The position numbers were made by a program, and so were the translations under genes. The notes beneath the pieces were generated by a model. It had not been told where the DNA came from, ran no database searches, and saw only the letters and a program-made list of their open reading frames with translations. DNA of 64,000 nucleotides from an uncultured Actinomycetota bacterium. Lineage in GTDB: Bacteria > Actinomycetota > Actinomycetes > JAFAQI01. This document shows positions 7,261-17,347 of this stretch, one piece after another; within the stretch, counting starts at the first letter, position 1, and the number at the start of each line of letters is the position of its first letter. Location: positions 1,152,001 through 1,216,000 of the forward strand of contig CAVYQE010000001.1 of NCBI GenBank assembly GCA_963770565.1, written 5' to 3'.

Positions 7261-8796
7261 ATGTCAACCGCGATCAGCGAACGCGTGTCGTCCGATACGC
7301 ACGATTCACAAAGCCTGGTTCCAGCGCGGCTGGACCGGCTCGGTTGGTCGCACTTCCACACCCGGTTGGTGATCGCTCTTGGGGTCGCCTGGATCCTTGA
7401 CGGGCTCGAGATCACGATCGCGAGCAACGTGACCAACATCATCTCGAGCAAGTCCGCACTCGGGCTCGGCTCAGGGTCGGTCGCCTTCTCGGTCGGCACC
7501 ATCTACCTGCTCGGCGAGGTGGCCGGAGCACTCTTCTTCGGGCGGATGTCGGACCGCTGGGGTCGCAAGAACCTGTTCATGATCACCCTCGGGGTCTACC
7601 TCGCCGGTGGCGCGCTGACCGCATGTACGGCGGGGAACGGACCCGGCTGGGTCTACTGGCTGGATCTCACTCGCTTCATCGCCGGTATGGGTATCGGCGG
7701 CGAGTACGCCGCGATCAACTCCGCGATCGACGAGCTGATTCCGGCGAGATATCGCGGCCGGGTCGACATCGCCGTGAACGGCACGTACTGGGGTGGCGCA
7801 CTGATCGCGTCCGTTCTCACCGTGGCAGTTGTCAACCACATCTCGCCGCACTACTCGTGGCGCTTCGCCTTCCTGATCGGCCCGGCGCTCGGGTTCACGA
7901 TCCTGTTCGTCCGGAAGAACCTGCCGGAAAGCCCGCGATGGCTTCTTATGCACGGCCGAGTGGACGAGGCCGAGGCAGCAGTGAAGGCGATCGAAGACGA
8001 GGCGGCGAAGAGCACCGAGCTCGGCCCGGTTGACGAGTCGAAGGCAATCGACATCAGCCCGGCCAACAACATCGGCTTCGTTGCGCTCGCGCGCACGTTG
8101 TTCCGCGAGTATCCGAAGCGGGCGATTCTCGGCGCGACGCTGATGATCACCCAGTCGTTCCTCTACAACTCGATCTTCTTCACCTACGCGCTCGTACTTA
8201 CGAAGGTCTACGGCGTCGGCACCGGAAGCACGCCGTACTATTTCATGCTGTTTGCGGCCGGAAACCTGTTGGGACCGCTGCTGATCGGCCACCTGTTCGA
8301 CAGCATCGGCCGGCGCAAGATGATCTCCGGCACCTACCTGATCTCGGCCGTGTTGCTCGCGATCTCGGCGGTGCTGTTCAAGGCTGGCGACCTCGATGCA
8401 GTCACCCAGACGGTCTGCTGGTGCGTGATCTTCTTCTTCGCATCCGCCGGAGCCAGCGCGGCGTACCTCACCGTGTCCGAGGTGTTCCCGGTTGAGGTGC
8501 GGGCGAAGGCGATCGCGGTGTTCTTCTCGATCGCGCAGAGCTTCGGTGCGTTCGGCCCGTGGCTGTACGGCCATCTGATCGGCGACGGCACTGACCACAC
8601 GAAGCTCTTCTACGGCTACCTGCTCGGCGCCGCGGTGATGGCCATCGGCGGGGTCGTCGACCTGGCCATCGGCATCGACTCCGAGGGAAAGTCGCTCGAG
8701 GACATTGCCCCGCCGCTGTCGCTGCAGCGCACCGGATCGGCCTCGCTCAAGTCACGTGGCCCGCGGGTCATCCATGCAGACCCGCCTTCGCGGTAG
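7261..8796 (+). CDS. MFS transporter (sugar porter-like)
   Basis: 'GRMSDRWGRK', 'GIGGEY', 'PESPRWL', 12 TM segments. Confidence 0.9.
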   Translation: MSTAISERVSSDTHDSQSLVPARLDRLGWSHFHTRLVIALGVAWILDGLEITIASNVTNIISSKSALGLGSGSVAFSVGTIYLLGEVAGALFFGRMSDRWGRKNLFMITLGVYLAGGALTACTAGNGPGWVYWLDLTRFIAGMGIGGEYAAINSAIDELIPARYRGRVDIAVNGTYWGGALIASVLTVAVVNHISPHYSWRFAFLIGPALGFTILFVRKNLPESPRWLLMHGRVDEAEAAVKAIEDEAAKSTELGPVDESKAIDISPANNIGFVALARTLFREYPKRAILGATLMITQSFLYNSIFFTYALVLTKVYGVGTGSTPYYFMLFAAGNLLGPLLIGHLFDSIGRRKMISGTYLISAVLLAISAVLFKAGDLDAVTQTVCWCVIFFFASAGASAAYLTVSEVFPVEVRAKAIAVFFSIAQSFGAFGPWLYGHLIGDGTDHTKLFYGYLLGAAVMAIGGVVDLAIGIDSEGKSLEDIAPPLSLQRTGSASLKSRGPRVIHADPPSR

Positions 8797-8819
8797 AACT
8801 CGCTCGGTTGCCGCTCCGG

Positions 8820-9542
8820 CTATCTTCGGGGCGCGTCGATCTCGTCGATGATCGCCTGTGCGATCTCGCGCAACTTGCGATGCGAGGTTTGTGACAGCTT
8901 GACGAGTACGGCGAATGCCTCCTCGGCGTTGCACCGCCGGCCTCCCATGATCACGCCCTTGGCTTGCTCGATGACAGAGCGGGACGTCATCGCGGCCGTC
9001 ATCTGCTCCGCGAGCGAGGTGGCCGAGAAGTACAGGTCGGCGTTGTTCAGCGTCACTGCGGCATACACGGAGAGGTCCTCCGCGGCTTGCACCGAGTCCG
9101 GCCCGAACGCATTGCGTTCGACGCCGTAGATGTTCAGCGCCGCGACATGCCGATCCTCGACCAGCAGCGGGACCGACAGCGAGCTTCGAAGGCCCGCGGC
9201 CGCCGCTCGGGCGCCGTACTCGGGCCAGCGGGGGTCGGCCTCCTGGTCATCGACCACGACGGTGCGCCGCTCCTCAAGCGCGGTCAGGCACGGGCCGGTG
9301 CCCGCGTCGTACTGGTAGTCGTCGATGGTGCGCGCGAAGTCCGAGGTCGAGGCGGCGGTTGCGGGGCGTCGCTCGTGCATGGTGATCGACACGTCGAAGG
9401 CGCCGGCGACGGTTTGCTTGGTGACCTCCGCCAGGCAGGCCAGGACGTCCTCCAGCGACTTGTCGCTGAGCACGATCACTCCCAGTGCCGCGATCGCCTC
9501 CGGCAGCGCCATCGGTTCGGCGCGAATCATCTCCTCAACCAT
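8820..9542 (-). CDS. GAF + ANTAR domain protein
   Basis: GAF 'QYDAGTGPCL...RWPEY'; ANTAR 'SRSVIEQAKGVIM...AFAVL..LSQ..HRKLREIA'. Confidence 0.9.
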   Translation of the reverse strand: MVEEMIRAEPMALPEAIAALGVIVLSDKSLEDVLACLAEVTKQTVAGAFDVSITMHERRPATAASTSDFARTIDDYQYDAGTGPCLTALEERRTVVVDDQEADPRWPEYGARAAAAGLRSSLSVPLLVEDRHVAALNIYGVERNAFGPDSVQAAEDLSVYAAVTLNNADLYFSATSLAEQMTAAMTSRSVIEQAKGVIMGGRRCNAEEAFAVLVKLSQTSHRKLREIAQAIIDEIDAPRR

Positions 9543-9563
9543 CGGTCGACGGTCCTCTCTTTG

Positions 9564-10439
9564 TCAGGACGCTTGATCGTCCAGGCAGAGGGCGTCGTGA
9601 AGGCGTTGAAGGGTCTGGGTGAGCAGCCGAGACACGTGCATCTGGCTGATACCCAGCTCCTGCGCGATCTCGGTCTGCGTCAGGTCGCGGAAGAAGCGCA
9701 GGAAGATGATCCGTCGCTCGCGTTCCGGCAGTTGGTCGAGCAGCCCGATCACGCACTGCCGGCGCTCGACCAGGTCGAGTGCCGGATCCTCGACGCCGAG
9801 GCTGCGTTCGATCGCGATCGACAAGGAGTGATCCCCGTCGCCGATTGCGTCGATGCTTGCCGCGGAATAGGCGTTGGCGGCGTCGAGCGCCTCGAGGACC
9901 GCGTCTTCAGTAAGGCTCAGGTGCCCAGCCAGCTCGGCGATCGTCGGTGAGCGCCCCAGCTGGTGGGAGAGCTCCTCGCGGGCCGCTGAAAGGCGTGGTC
10001 GCATCTCCTGCAAGCCCCGAGGAAGGCGAACCAGCCAACTCTTGTCCCGGAAATAGCGCTTGATCTCACCGAGGATCGTCGGTGTCGCGAAGGTCGAGAA
10101 CGCGCTGCCGCGAGTGGGGTCGAAGCGGTCAACGCTCTTGATCAAGCCGAGCATCCCGACCTGCGTCAGGTCCTCGAGGCTCACCCCCCGGTCGCGGTAG
10201 CGGCGAGCAAGGAAGCTGACCAGCGCCATGTGCCGGGAGACCAACTCGTTGCGCACATCGGAGCGGGCCGGATGCCCTGACGGAAGCGACCCGAGGAGGT
10301 CCCACAGCTGATCGTTGCTGCGGTCGGATGCCGCCTCCGCCGGAACCTCAGCGGTCAGCTCGGCTTGCCGACACACGGCGTGCGAGTCCGATGCCGCCGA
10401 GTGGATGGCGAGCCCGACGGGTTCGATATCGATCGACAT
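9564..10439 (-). CDS. SigB/SigF/SigG-family RNA polymerase sigma factor
   Basis: 'EDLTQVGMLGLIKSVDRFDP', 'PTILGEIKRYFRD', 'TQTEIAQELGISQMHVSRLL'. Confidence 0.95.
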   Translation of the reverse strand: MSIDIEPVGLAIHSAASDSHAVCRQAELTAEVPAEAASDRSNDQLWDLLGSLPSGHPARSDVRNELVSRHMALVSFLARRYRDRGVSLEDLTQVGMLGLIKSVDRFDPTRGSAFSTFATPTILGEIKRYFRDKSWLVRLPRGLQEMRPRLSAAREELSHQLGRSPTIAELAGHLSLTEDAVLEALDAANAYSAASIDAIGDGDHSLSIAIERSLGVEDPALDLVERRQCVIGLLDQLPERERRIIFLRFFRDLTQTEIAQELGISQMHVSRLLTQTLQRLHDALCLDDQAS

Positions 10440-10496
10440 GGTGTGACTCCCTCCAGTCGTGTCGCGGAAGCGGAGTGCAACGGGTTGTTCCGGTAC

Positions 10497-10522
10497 CTAC
10501 CGCGACGCGTTCATCGATAAAC
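10497..10522 (-). promoter_or_regulatory. Possible SigB-type autoregulatory promoter
   Basis: GTTT-N16-CGGTAG on the minus strand upstream of the sigma gene. Confidence 0.3.
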
Positions 10523-10562
10523 GGCTGCGCCGCAGCAAAAAGCGACAAAGCCGCCGACTACG

Positions 10563-10934
10563 TCAGTGAGCGTTCGCCGCGACTGCGACAATGTCGGCCC
10601 ACACGTCCTTGCCGGTGGTTGCCGACTTCGTGTACCCCCAGTCGGTAGTCATCGCTTCAACGATGGCGAGGCCCCGCCCACTTGTCCGCTCATCGTTCAG
10701 CGATGCTGATGCGGGCTTGACCGGCGAACGATCACGAACCACGATGTGCAGCAGCCGGCCCCGGAGTGAGATCGTCAATGTGACCGGCCCGCTGCCATGA
10801 ACGATCGCGTTGGTCACCAACTCGTTCACGACCACCAACGTGTCATCGGAGCACGCGATCAGGTTCCAGCGGCGAAGTGCGTCGCGCGCGAACCCCCGAG
10901 CGGTTGCCAGGCTCGCTGGGGCAGCCGGCAACAC
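10563..10934 (-). CDS. Anti-sigma factor-like HATPase (RsbW-like)
   Basis: 'ELVTNAIVHG', 'SGRGLAIV', 'GKDVWA'. Confidence 0.85.
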   Translation of the reverse strand: MLPAAPASLATARGFARDALRRWNLIACSDDTLVVVNELVTNAIVHGSGPVTLTISLRGRLLHIVVRDRSPVKPASASLNDERTSGRGLAIVEAMTTDWGYTKSATTGKDVWADIVAVAANAH

Positions 10935-11011
10935 GACCGTTCGCGTCGAATCCTTGATGTCCTGGATACGTTGGTTATGCCCGATCTGAGCGGTCGCAAT
11001 CTCCAGGCTAG

Positions 11012-11350
11012 CTAGCCGCTGAGGGCGGCATCGATGGTTTCGTGAATCGCGAACACCCTGGACAGACCGGTGATGTCGAAGACCTTCAGGATGTGCGGGC
11101 GGGTGCAGACGAGCGCCAGGTCACCCTGAACTCCGCGGACTCGTTTGAGTGCGCTGACGAGGACGCCGAGGCCCGTGCTGTCGAGGAAGTCCACTGCCTC
11201 GAGGTCGACGATCAGGCTGATCTTCGCCTGTTCGATGAGGTCGAGCAGTTGCATCCTGAGGCTCGGTGCGGTGGCGATGTCGATCTCGCCGGCGACCGAA
11301 AGAACGGTGTACGTGTCATGGCTGTCGTCGACAGAGAAGCCGAGGCCCAC
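11012..11350 (-). CDS. STAS anti-anti-sigma factor (RsbV-like)
   Basis: 'GEIDIATAP', 'VDFLDSTGLGVLV', 'KVFDITGL'. Confidence 0.92.
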   Translation of the reverse strand: MGLGFSVDDSHDTYTVLSVAGEIDIATAPSLRMQLLDLIEQAKISLIVDLEAVDFLDSTGLGVLVSALKRVRGVQGDLALVCTRPHILKVFDITGLSRVFAIHETIDAALSG

Positions 11351-11557
11351 GGAGTTCCCTTCAGATCAGGACAAGCGCACAGATGATGAGAACTGCCACT
11401 CGACGCTGCTGTCGGGTTTGATCATTCTAGCCGGTTCGTTGCGACGGTTGCCGTGTGTATGATCGGGCCCTGATAGACCGCCAGAAGCGTGCGGTTGACC
11501 AGTGCAAGATCGGTCGGCTTCTGGGGAGGGGCCGACCCGGGTGTTGTTGGGGTGAAC

Positions 11558-11812
11558 ATGGCCTCCAGTGCGACTCGTCTGTCACGACTCGCTCAAGTCA
11601 GTACGGCGTTGCTGGACGCCGTTGACGCACTGACCGAGGAGTTCCCAGAGGTGCCGGTGTCGATCATCTACGAGAAGGTCGGCGAGGCCCGCGGCGTGGC
11701 CGCGCGTTACTTGCCGGATCCCGTCGGGTATCGACTCGCCATCGAAAAGGAAGCTCGGCGGCGGCTCCGCTTCGCCGACAACGACACGCCTGCACCGGAA
11801 GTCAGCACCTAG
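11558..11812 (+). CDS. Hypothetical protein
   Basis: ATG after GGGGTG SD-like sequence; GC3-biased codons. Confidence 0.5.
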   Translation: MASSATRLSRLAQVSTALLDAVDALTEEFPEVPVSIIYEKVGEARGVAARYLPDPVGYRLAIEKEARRRLRFADNDTPAPEVST

Positions 11813-11842
11813 TGCGCTGAGGGCGACGGATGGGCACTCATC

Positions 11843-13072
11843 GTGCCCGGCGCACTCGTGTCCGGTCTCGTTGGCTCGGGTGAAAGGAATGACGTGCCGA
11901 TCGGCTATGTCGTCGCGGTAGGGGTTGCGGCTGTTGTGACGGCCGCCGCGCTTGCGCCGGTGCCGCGCAGCTGGCGGCTGGGGCAGGCGTGCTGGCGATT
12001 GGGCATGCAGGCCAACGAGGTTCCGTTCGTGATTGCGGCCTGGCTGCTCGTCGCCACCGCACTCGCCGCCGCCCAGGGTCAGGTGAGCACGACGGGCGGG
12101 CTGGTCGGCCTGGGCGTGGCCGTGCTGACCATGGCCGGTCTCGCGGTCGTGACTGAGCGGGCGCTGCGGGCCCGGGCGATCGCGGAGCGGGCAATCGCGG
12201 ACGGCATGCGATCGGCCGAGCTGACCGGATCGATCCTCCACAGGCCCCGCGCGCGGCGTCGTCGCCCGTGGGCGCAGCTGCTGTTCAAGCCCCTCGCGGT
12301 GCGTCGGTCGGACGTCGTACGGCGGGCAAACATTGCCTACGGCCCGGCTGGACGGTCGAACCTGCTCGACGTGTATCTCCCGCGTTCCGGGGTCACGACC
12401 GGGCCCTGCCTGGTGTATTTCCACGGCGGCGCCTACCGCACCGGACGGAAGAACCGGGAAGCCCGCGCGCTCATCTATCGGCTCGCGAGCCAGGGCTGGG
12501 TGTGCGTCAGCGCGAACTACCGGCTAGCAGACACGGCGCGGTATCCCGCTCCGTTGGTCGATGCGAAGCGGGTGATCTCGTGGATGCGCGAGCAAGCCCC
12601 GAGCTATGGCGCCGACCCGTCGTCGATCGTCGTTGCGGGCAGCTCCGCCGGTGCACACCTCGCCGCAATGTCGGCACTTACTCCGAACCAGGCCGACCTC
12701 CAACCCGGCTTTGAATCAGCCAGCACCGAGGTGGCAGCTGCCATGTGCCTCTACGGCTTCTACGGAGCGCCGACGTGGATCGAGCGCGAACCAGGTGCCT
12801 TGTCAGCACCGCTCGAGCAGCTCGACGGCCACGCGCCCCCGATGTTCCTCGCGCACGGGACTCACGACGTCTTCGTTTCGGTTGCCGCCGTCCGCGAGTT
12901 CGTCAGACGGTTTCGTACCGCGGCGCCACACCGCCCGCTCGTGTATCTCGAGTTGCCCGGCGCCCAGCACACGTTCGATCTTTACCACTCGATCCGTTTC
13001 GATGCCGTGCTGGGCGCAATCGACGCCTTCGTGGAGTGCATCGATCTCACCAAGGGCGGGCGGTCATGGTAG
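11843..13072 (+). CDS. Membrane-anchored alpha/beta hydrolase (HSL-family esterase)
   Basis: HGGA oxyanion motif, GSSAG nucleophile, 'HGTHD', 'GAQHTFD'. Confidence 0.88.
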   Translation: MPGALVSGLVGSGERNDVPIGYVVAVGVAAVVTAAALAPVPRSWRLGQACWRLGMQANEVPFVIAAWLLVATALAAAQGQVSTTGGLVGLGVAVLTMAGLAVVTERALRARAIAERAIADGMRSAELTGSILHRPRARRRRPWAQLLFKPLAVRRSDVVRRANIAYGPAGRSNLLDVYLPRSGVTTGPCLVYFHGGAYRTGRKNREARALIYRLASQGWVCVSANYRLADTARYPAPLVDAKRVISWMREQAPSYGADPSSIVVAGSSAGAHLAAMSALTPNQADLQPGFESASTEVAAAMCLYGFYGAPTWIEREPGALSAPLEQLDGHAPPMFLAHGTHDVFVSVAAVREFVRRFRTAAPHRPLVYLELPGAQHTFDLYHSIRFDAVLGAIDAFVECIDLTKGGRSW

Positions 13073-13095
13073 GCGGACCTCGGCGAGTGTGGTGC

Positions 13096-13434
13096 TTAGC
13101 CGCTGGTCGCGGCCCGCAACGAGTCATAGATGTCGAAGACGGTCGACAGCCCGGTGATCTCGAAGACCTTGAGCAGGGACTCACGCGTACAGACCAGGGT
13201 GAGATCGCCACCTTCGGCGCGGGCTCGGTTGTGTGCGCTCACGAGTACGCCGAGACCGGTGCTGTCGAGGAAGGTCACGGCCTCGAGGTTCACGATCAGG
13301 TTGACCTGGCCCAGATTGATGAGCTCGAGCAACTGCGTCCGGAGGTCGGGTGCGGTCGCGAGATCGACCTCACCAGCGACCTGGAGGATGGTGCGCCCGG
13401 GCTGGCTGCTGTCCACGGTTAGCCCGAAGTCCAT
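13096..13434 (-). CDS. STAS anti-anti-sigma factor (close paralog of 11012-11350)
   Basis: 'GEVDLATAP', 'FLDSTGLGVLVS', 'KVFEITGL'. Confidence 0.92.
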   Translation of the reverse strand: MDFGLTVDSSQPGRTILQVAGEVDLATAPDLRTQLLELINLGQVNLIVNLEAVTFLDSTGLGVLVSAHNRARAEGGDLTLVCTRESLLKVFEITGLSTVFDIYDSLRAATSG

Positions 13435-13651
13435 GATCAACCTTTCAGCGCGTCGTGAAGAGGTGACCGGATGTCGCTGAGAATGACCGGGAGCAGTACG
13501 CGCGCAGTCAAGAGCCTAATCGCTGCGCCCCCGCGCCGTGAGCCGCGCCGTCGGGCCCGGTTCCGGTCGCTGGCACGCAATACTTTGTCGATGATGGTCC
13601 CGCCCGGGTCAGCGCGGATGGCTCCGTTGTCCCGAGACTGCGGTGTGACCG

Positions 13652-14632
13652 TTGGCTGAGGCCGTTCGCGCACGCGTTCAATTCGACGCCGACCCCAGCG
13701 CGGTGGGGCTGGCCCGGGCCTGGCTGTCCGCCCAGCTCCCGGACTGGTCAGCGGATGGCCTTGCCACGGTTGCCCTGCTGACTTCCGAACTCGTCACTAA
13801 CGCGGTCCTGCACAGCACCGACGTCATCGAGATCGCTGCCGAGCGCGACGGACCCTGGTTGCTCGTGGAGGTTTCGGACCGTAGCCCTTCGAAGCCGGTC
13901 GTGAAGACGTACGGCGAGGAAGCCGCGACCGGACGCGGGCTTCGCCTGGTCGAAGCGTTAGCGGCGGCATGGGGCGTGCGCGGGGAAGAAACGCGAAAAT
14001 CGGTGTGGTTCAAGGTCGTCGACGACCCGACCCGGCGCAGTGTCGCGCCGTCGCGGGAGGCGAGCGACACCGCCAGCGAAAGCGGCTGGCTCGATCACGA
14101 CGGCGGTCCCGCCCCACCGCCGCCGGGAGCTCATGGTGGACCGGAAGTGACGGTGCGGTTGCGACAACTTCCGGTCGCGACGTATCTCGCTGTCGAGGAG
14201 CACCACGATGCCTTGGTTCGCGAACTCACGCTCTTGCCTTCGCCGGGTGGTACGCCGCGCGACTCGTCGATGTCGCACCGGCTGCTGTGGCTGGCCGCCC
14301 AGCTGAGTGCGCAGTTCGGCGCCGGCAACCAGCAACGTCGGGAGCAGGTGGAGGCCGCGCGGCTGGCCGGCGATCGGGCCGTGGACGTGGTGATGCTGTT
14401 TCCGGCCGGGTCGCAGGATCAGATCGTCGCGGTCGCGGACCAGATCGACGAGGTCGACGAGTTCTGCGTGGCCGGTGCCTTGCTGACCCCGCCGTCAACT
14501 CCCGCGATCAAGCTATTCCGTCGCTGGTACACCGACGAAATCGTCCGGCAGCTGTCCGGGCAACCGTCGGAGCCGTGGCCGTACCTGGATGACGACCCCT
14601 CAGCTGCTCCGCCCGCCGGCGGCGCGCGGTGA
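13652..14632 (+). CDS. Anti-sigma-like HATPase with C-terminal helical domain
   Basis: 'SELVTNAVLH', 'TGRGLRLV', 'KSVWF'; C-terminal 'EHHDALVREL...LLTP...FRRWY.DEI.RQL.G.P.EPW'. Confidence 0.8.
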   Translation: MAEAVRARVQFDADPSAVGLARAWLSAQLPDWSADGLATVALLTSELVTNAVLHSTDVIEIAAERDGPWLLVEVSDRSPSKPVVKTYGEEAATGRGLRLVEALAAAWGVRGEETRKSVWFKVVDDPTRRSVAPSREASDTASESGWLDHDGGPAPPPPGAHGGPEVTVRLRQLPVATYLAVEEHHDALVRELTLLPSPGGTPRDSSMSHRLLWLAAQLSAQFGAGNQQRREQVEAARLAGDRAVDVVMLFPAGSQDQIVAVADQIDEVDEFCVAGALLTPPSTPAIKLFRRWYTDEIVRQLSGQPSEPWPYLDDDPSAAPPAGGAR

Positions 14633-16326
14633 TGAGGCCACAACTGCGCCGGCTGAGCCTCGCCGTCTTCGTGTTGATGGTTGTCATCACGATTGCCGGC
14701 ACGGTGACCGCCAGGATCACCGTCAAGGACCAGGAAAAACGACTGCTGCGCGAGCGAGCCAACGAGGTCGCGCTGGTCCTGACGTCGTCGATCGGCGCGT
14801 TACCGGCGCCGTTGGATGTGCTCGGGGGCGTTCTGCGCGCGACGAACGAGTCGCCATCTGCCTTCAGGCAAGCGAGTGCGGCCGCGGAGGTCGGCGGGGC
14901 GGTGCCAGTGACCTTCGCTCTGCTTCGCAAGACTCCGGCTGGCTTCGTGGTCGTGATGGCGAAGGGCACCGGTCTCCATGCCGGGCAGGTGATCACCGAC
15001 CAGCGAACCCGGGCCTTCGGGGCGGCACTCACCAGCGGCAAGCTCGAGCCGACCGTGGTCGTCGGGCACGGCGCCGACCGAGCGCTCGGATTCGCCCTAG
15101 GTCCGCCGGTCGCCCCGGCCGGCACGGTGCTCTACCGGCAGGACCTGCTCGGCCCGGTCGGGGCTCCGCGCTCAGCCGGGACGGCTCCGTTCAGCGAGCT
15201 CGACGTCGTCATCTATGCAGCGTCTCGACCCGATCCCACCCAGGTGCTGGCGAAGACCACGGACACCGTTCCGTTGAAGGGCCAGGTGTATGACGTTCCG
15301 CTGGCGGCCGGTGGTGTGACGTGGACGCTTCAGGCCGCGGCCGTGCATCCGTTGGTCGGCGCGGCGACCGAGGACGCGCCATGGATCGTGCTGGTCGGCG
15401 GCATGTTCCTGTCCGCACTCGCGGCGCTGGTGATCGAGATCGAAACCCGGCGCCGCAAAGCCGCACTTGGCCGGTACGACGCCGAACACCGGGCTGCGGA
15501 GAGCCTTCAGCGCAGCCTGCTCCCTACCCTTCCTGCCGTGCCCGGCGTCGGTCTGGCGGCGCGATACCTCCCCGGAGCTGCACACCAGGCGGTCGGCGGA
15601 GACTGGTTCGACGTCTTCGAACTCGACGACGGGCGGGTCGGGCTGGTGATCGGGGACGTCGTCGGGCACGACATCGCGGCTGCTGCGGCCATGTCGAAGA
15701 TCCAGTCGGCGCTGCGCGCATTCGCGCTGGGCGGTGCATCGCCGGTCGAGGTGCTGGATCGGCTCGACGCCATGATCACCACGTTCGAGATCAGCGAGTT
15801 GGCGACGGTGTTCTACGGCGTTCTCGACCATCCGGACGCGCGTGGCGGCCGGCTATTGACGTACGTGAACGGCGGCCACCTTGCACCGCTCGTCCGAGGG
15901 CCGGGCGGACAGGTGGAGGCGCTCAACAGCCCGCAGCCGCTGCTTCTGGGCGCACCTCGACGTTCGGGCGCCAGCCGGCAACAAGCGACCGTCTACCTGA
16001 GTGCCGGGTCGACCGCCGTGCTGTTCACGGACGGCCTGGTCGAGGTTCCGGGGGAGTCGCTGACGATCTCGCTCGCCCGGTTCGCAGCAGCCGTCTCCGA
16101 TATCGAAGGAGACGTGACCGCGGATGAGCTGTGTGCGCACATCCTCGCCGACATCAACCCAGAACGGCTACGCGACGACGTGGCGGTACTCGTCATCGGG
16201 CTGGTCGCCGAGGACCCGCATCCTCCGCCTGAGCAACGGCCGTCCTCGGCTCAAGATGTCTCAGTAAGCGTCGCGGTCTTCGATGACGGTCCGGCGGGTT
16301 CCGACGGTGGCTACTCCCGCGACTGA
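14629..16326 (+). CDS. Membrane sensor PP2C/SpoIIE phosphatase (RsbU-like)
   Basis: Two TM segments; 'LQRSLLP', 'VGGDWFD', 'GDVVGH', 'FTDGLVE', 'DDVAVL'. Confidence 0.92.
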   Translation: MMRPQLRRLSLAVFVLMVVITIAGTVTARITVKDQEKRLLRERANEVALVLTSSIGALPAPLDVLGGVLRATNESPSAFRQASAAAEVGGAVPVTFALLRKTPAGFVVVMAKGTGLHAGQVITDQRTRAFGAALTSGKLEPTVVVGHGADRALGFALGPPVAPAGTVLYRQDLLGPVGAPRSAGTAPFSELDVVIYAASRPDPTQVLAKTTDTVPLKGQVYDVPLAAGGVTWTLQAAAVHPLVGAATEDAPWIVLVGGMFLSALAALVIEIETRRRKAALGRYDAEHRAAESLQRSLLPTLPAVPGVGLAARYLPGAAHQAVGGDWFDVFELDDGRVGLVIGDVVGHDIAAAAAMSKIQSALRAFALGGASPVEVLDRLDAMITTFEISELATVFYGVLDHPDARGGRLLTYVNGGHLAPLVRGPGGQVEALNSPQPLLLGAPRRSGASRQQATVYLSAGSTAVLFTDGLVEVPGESLTISLARFAAAVSDIEGDVTADELCAHILADINPERLRDDVAVLVIGLVAEDPHPPPEQRPSSAQDVSVSVAVFDDGPAGSDGGYSRD

Positions 16327-16494
16327 GCGGCGTCGCGGCGCGAAGATGAGCAGGTCGACGAACAGGCCGATCGCGCCGACGATCATCAGGATGATCCCAA
16401 TCGTGTTGACGTTGAAGCCACGAGTTGTGACGTTGACGGCGAAGGTCAGAACGGCGCCTACCGCAACGAGGAACAGGCTGACTCCGATACCCAC
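16261..16494 (-). CDS. Small conserved actinobacterial membrane protein (DUF6458-like)
   Basis: 'MGIGVSLFLVAVGAVLTFAV...IGIILMIVG'; SD AGGAGG. Confidence 0.75.
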   Translation of the reverse strand: MGIGVSLFLVAVGAVLTFAVNVTTRGFNVNTIGIILMIVGAIGLFVDLLIFAPRRRSVAGVATVGTRRTVIEDRDAY

Positions 16495-16695
16495 GATGAC
16501 CTCCTAGGACGTAGCACGGACGGTCGAGTAGGTGCCCGACGCGTCGTCGCACCAAATGCAGTGATCGGGTGACGAAGCATGAACGAACCGATGGCCGGGT
16601 AACACGAACATCGAATCGTCGCGAGATAGGTCACCGGGTAGATACCTACGGACACGTCCCGCATGTGCCCATGGACGAGCGAGGAGGGTTCCGCT

Positions 16696-17022
16696 ATGCC
16701 ACAACGATCGTGGAGCAAGAAGCGCGAGCGCCAGTACGAGCACATCAAGTCCGGGCTCGAGGAGCGTGGTCGTCCGGACGGCGTCGCCGAGGAGATTGCG
16801 GCGCGCACGGTGAACAAAGAACGCGCTCGCTCCGGCGAATCCCGCGAACGGAGTCGAACGTCTACCGACGACATCTCCTCGGGTCGCCGCGGTGGCTTGC
16901 GATCACACACGGGTCCGGGCGGCCGCACCAAGGAGCAGCTGTACGCCGAAGCGCGGAAGAAGAACGTGCGTGGCCGCTCGACGATGTCCAAGGCGCAACT
17001 CGAGCGGGCGGTCGGCCGTTGA
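16696..17022 (+). CDS. Conserved small basic stress protein with Rho-N-like C-terminus
   Basis: 'WSKKRERQYEHIK...AEEIAARTVNKERA...TKEQLYAEARKKNVRGRSTMSKAQL'; SD GAGGAGG. Confidence 0.8.
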   Translation: MPQRSWSKKRERQYEHIKSGLEERGRPDGVAEEIAARTVNKERARSGESRERSRTSTDDISSGRRGGLRSHTGPGGRTKEQLYAEARKKNVRGRSTMSKAQLERAVGR

Positions 17023-17258
17023 GCGGCACCGAGTCCACGCCGGAGCCCAAGCGGTCCGCGTCCGATCCGCCGGCCGCGAACCAGCCGTTGGACGAACGTC
17101 TCGAGGAAGCGGATTCACCTCAGCCGAGTTCGGCGACCCTGGTCGGGGAGCCGCCGCCGACCCCGGTGCCGGTTGCCGCGCCGCACGGTGGCCAGGTGCC
17201 GCCAGGTAAGCCCGACGGCGAGGTCGATACGCGCACTGCGCGCAGCCTCGGGCGCTGA
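17019..17258 (+). CDS. Hypothetical Pro-rich protein
   Basis: TTG start overlapping the upstream stop (TTGA). Confidence 0.3.
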   Translation: MSGTESTPEPKRSASDPPAANQPLDERLEEADSPQPSSATLVGEPPPTPVPVAAPHGGQVPPGKPDGEVDTRTARSLGR

Positions 17259-17347
17259 ATCGTTTCGATCCACCCCCTGTTGCTTACCCGGGTGGGGAAT
17301 GGGCAGAACCATGCGCGTGACTGGTTCGAGTACCGCAGGGGTAAGAA

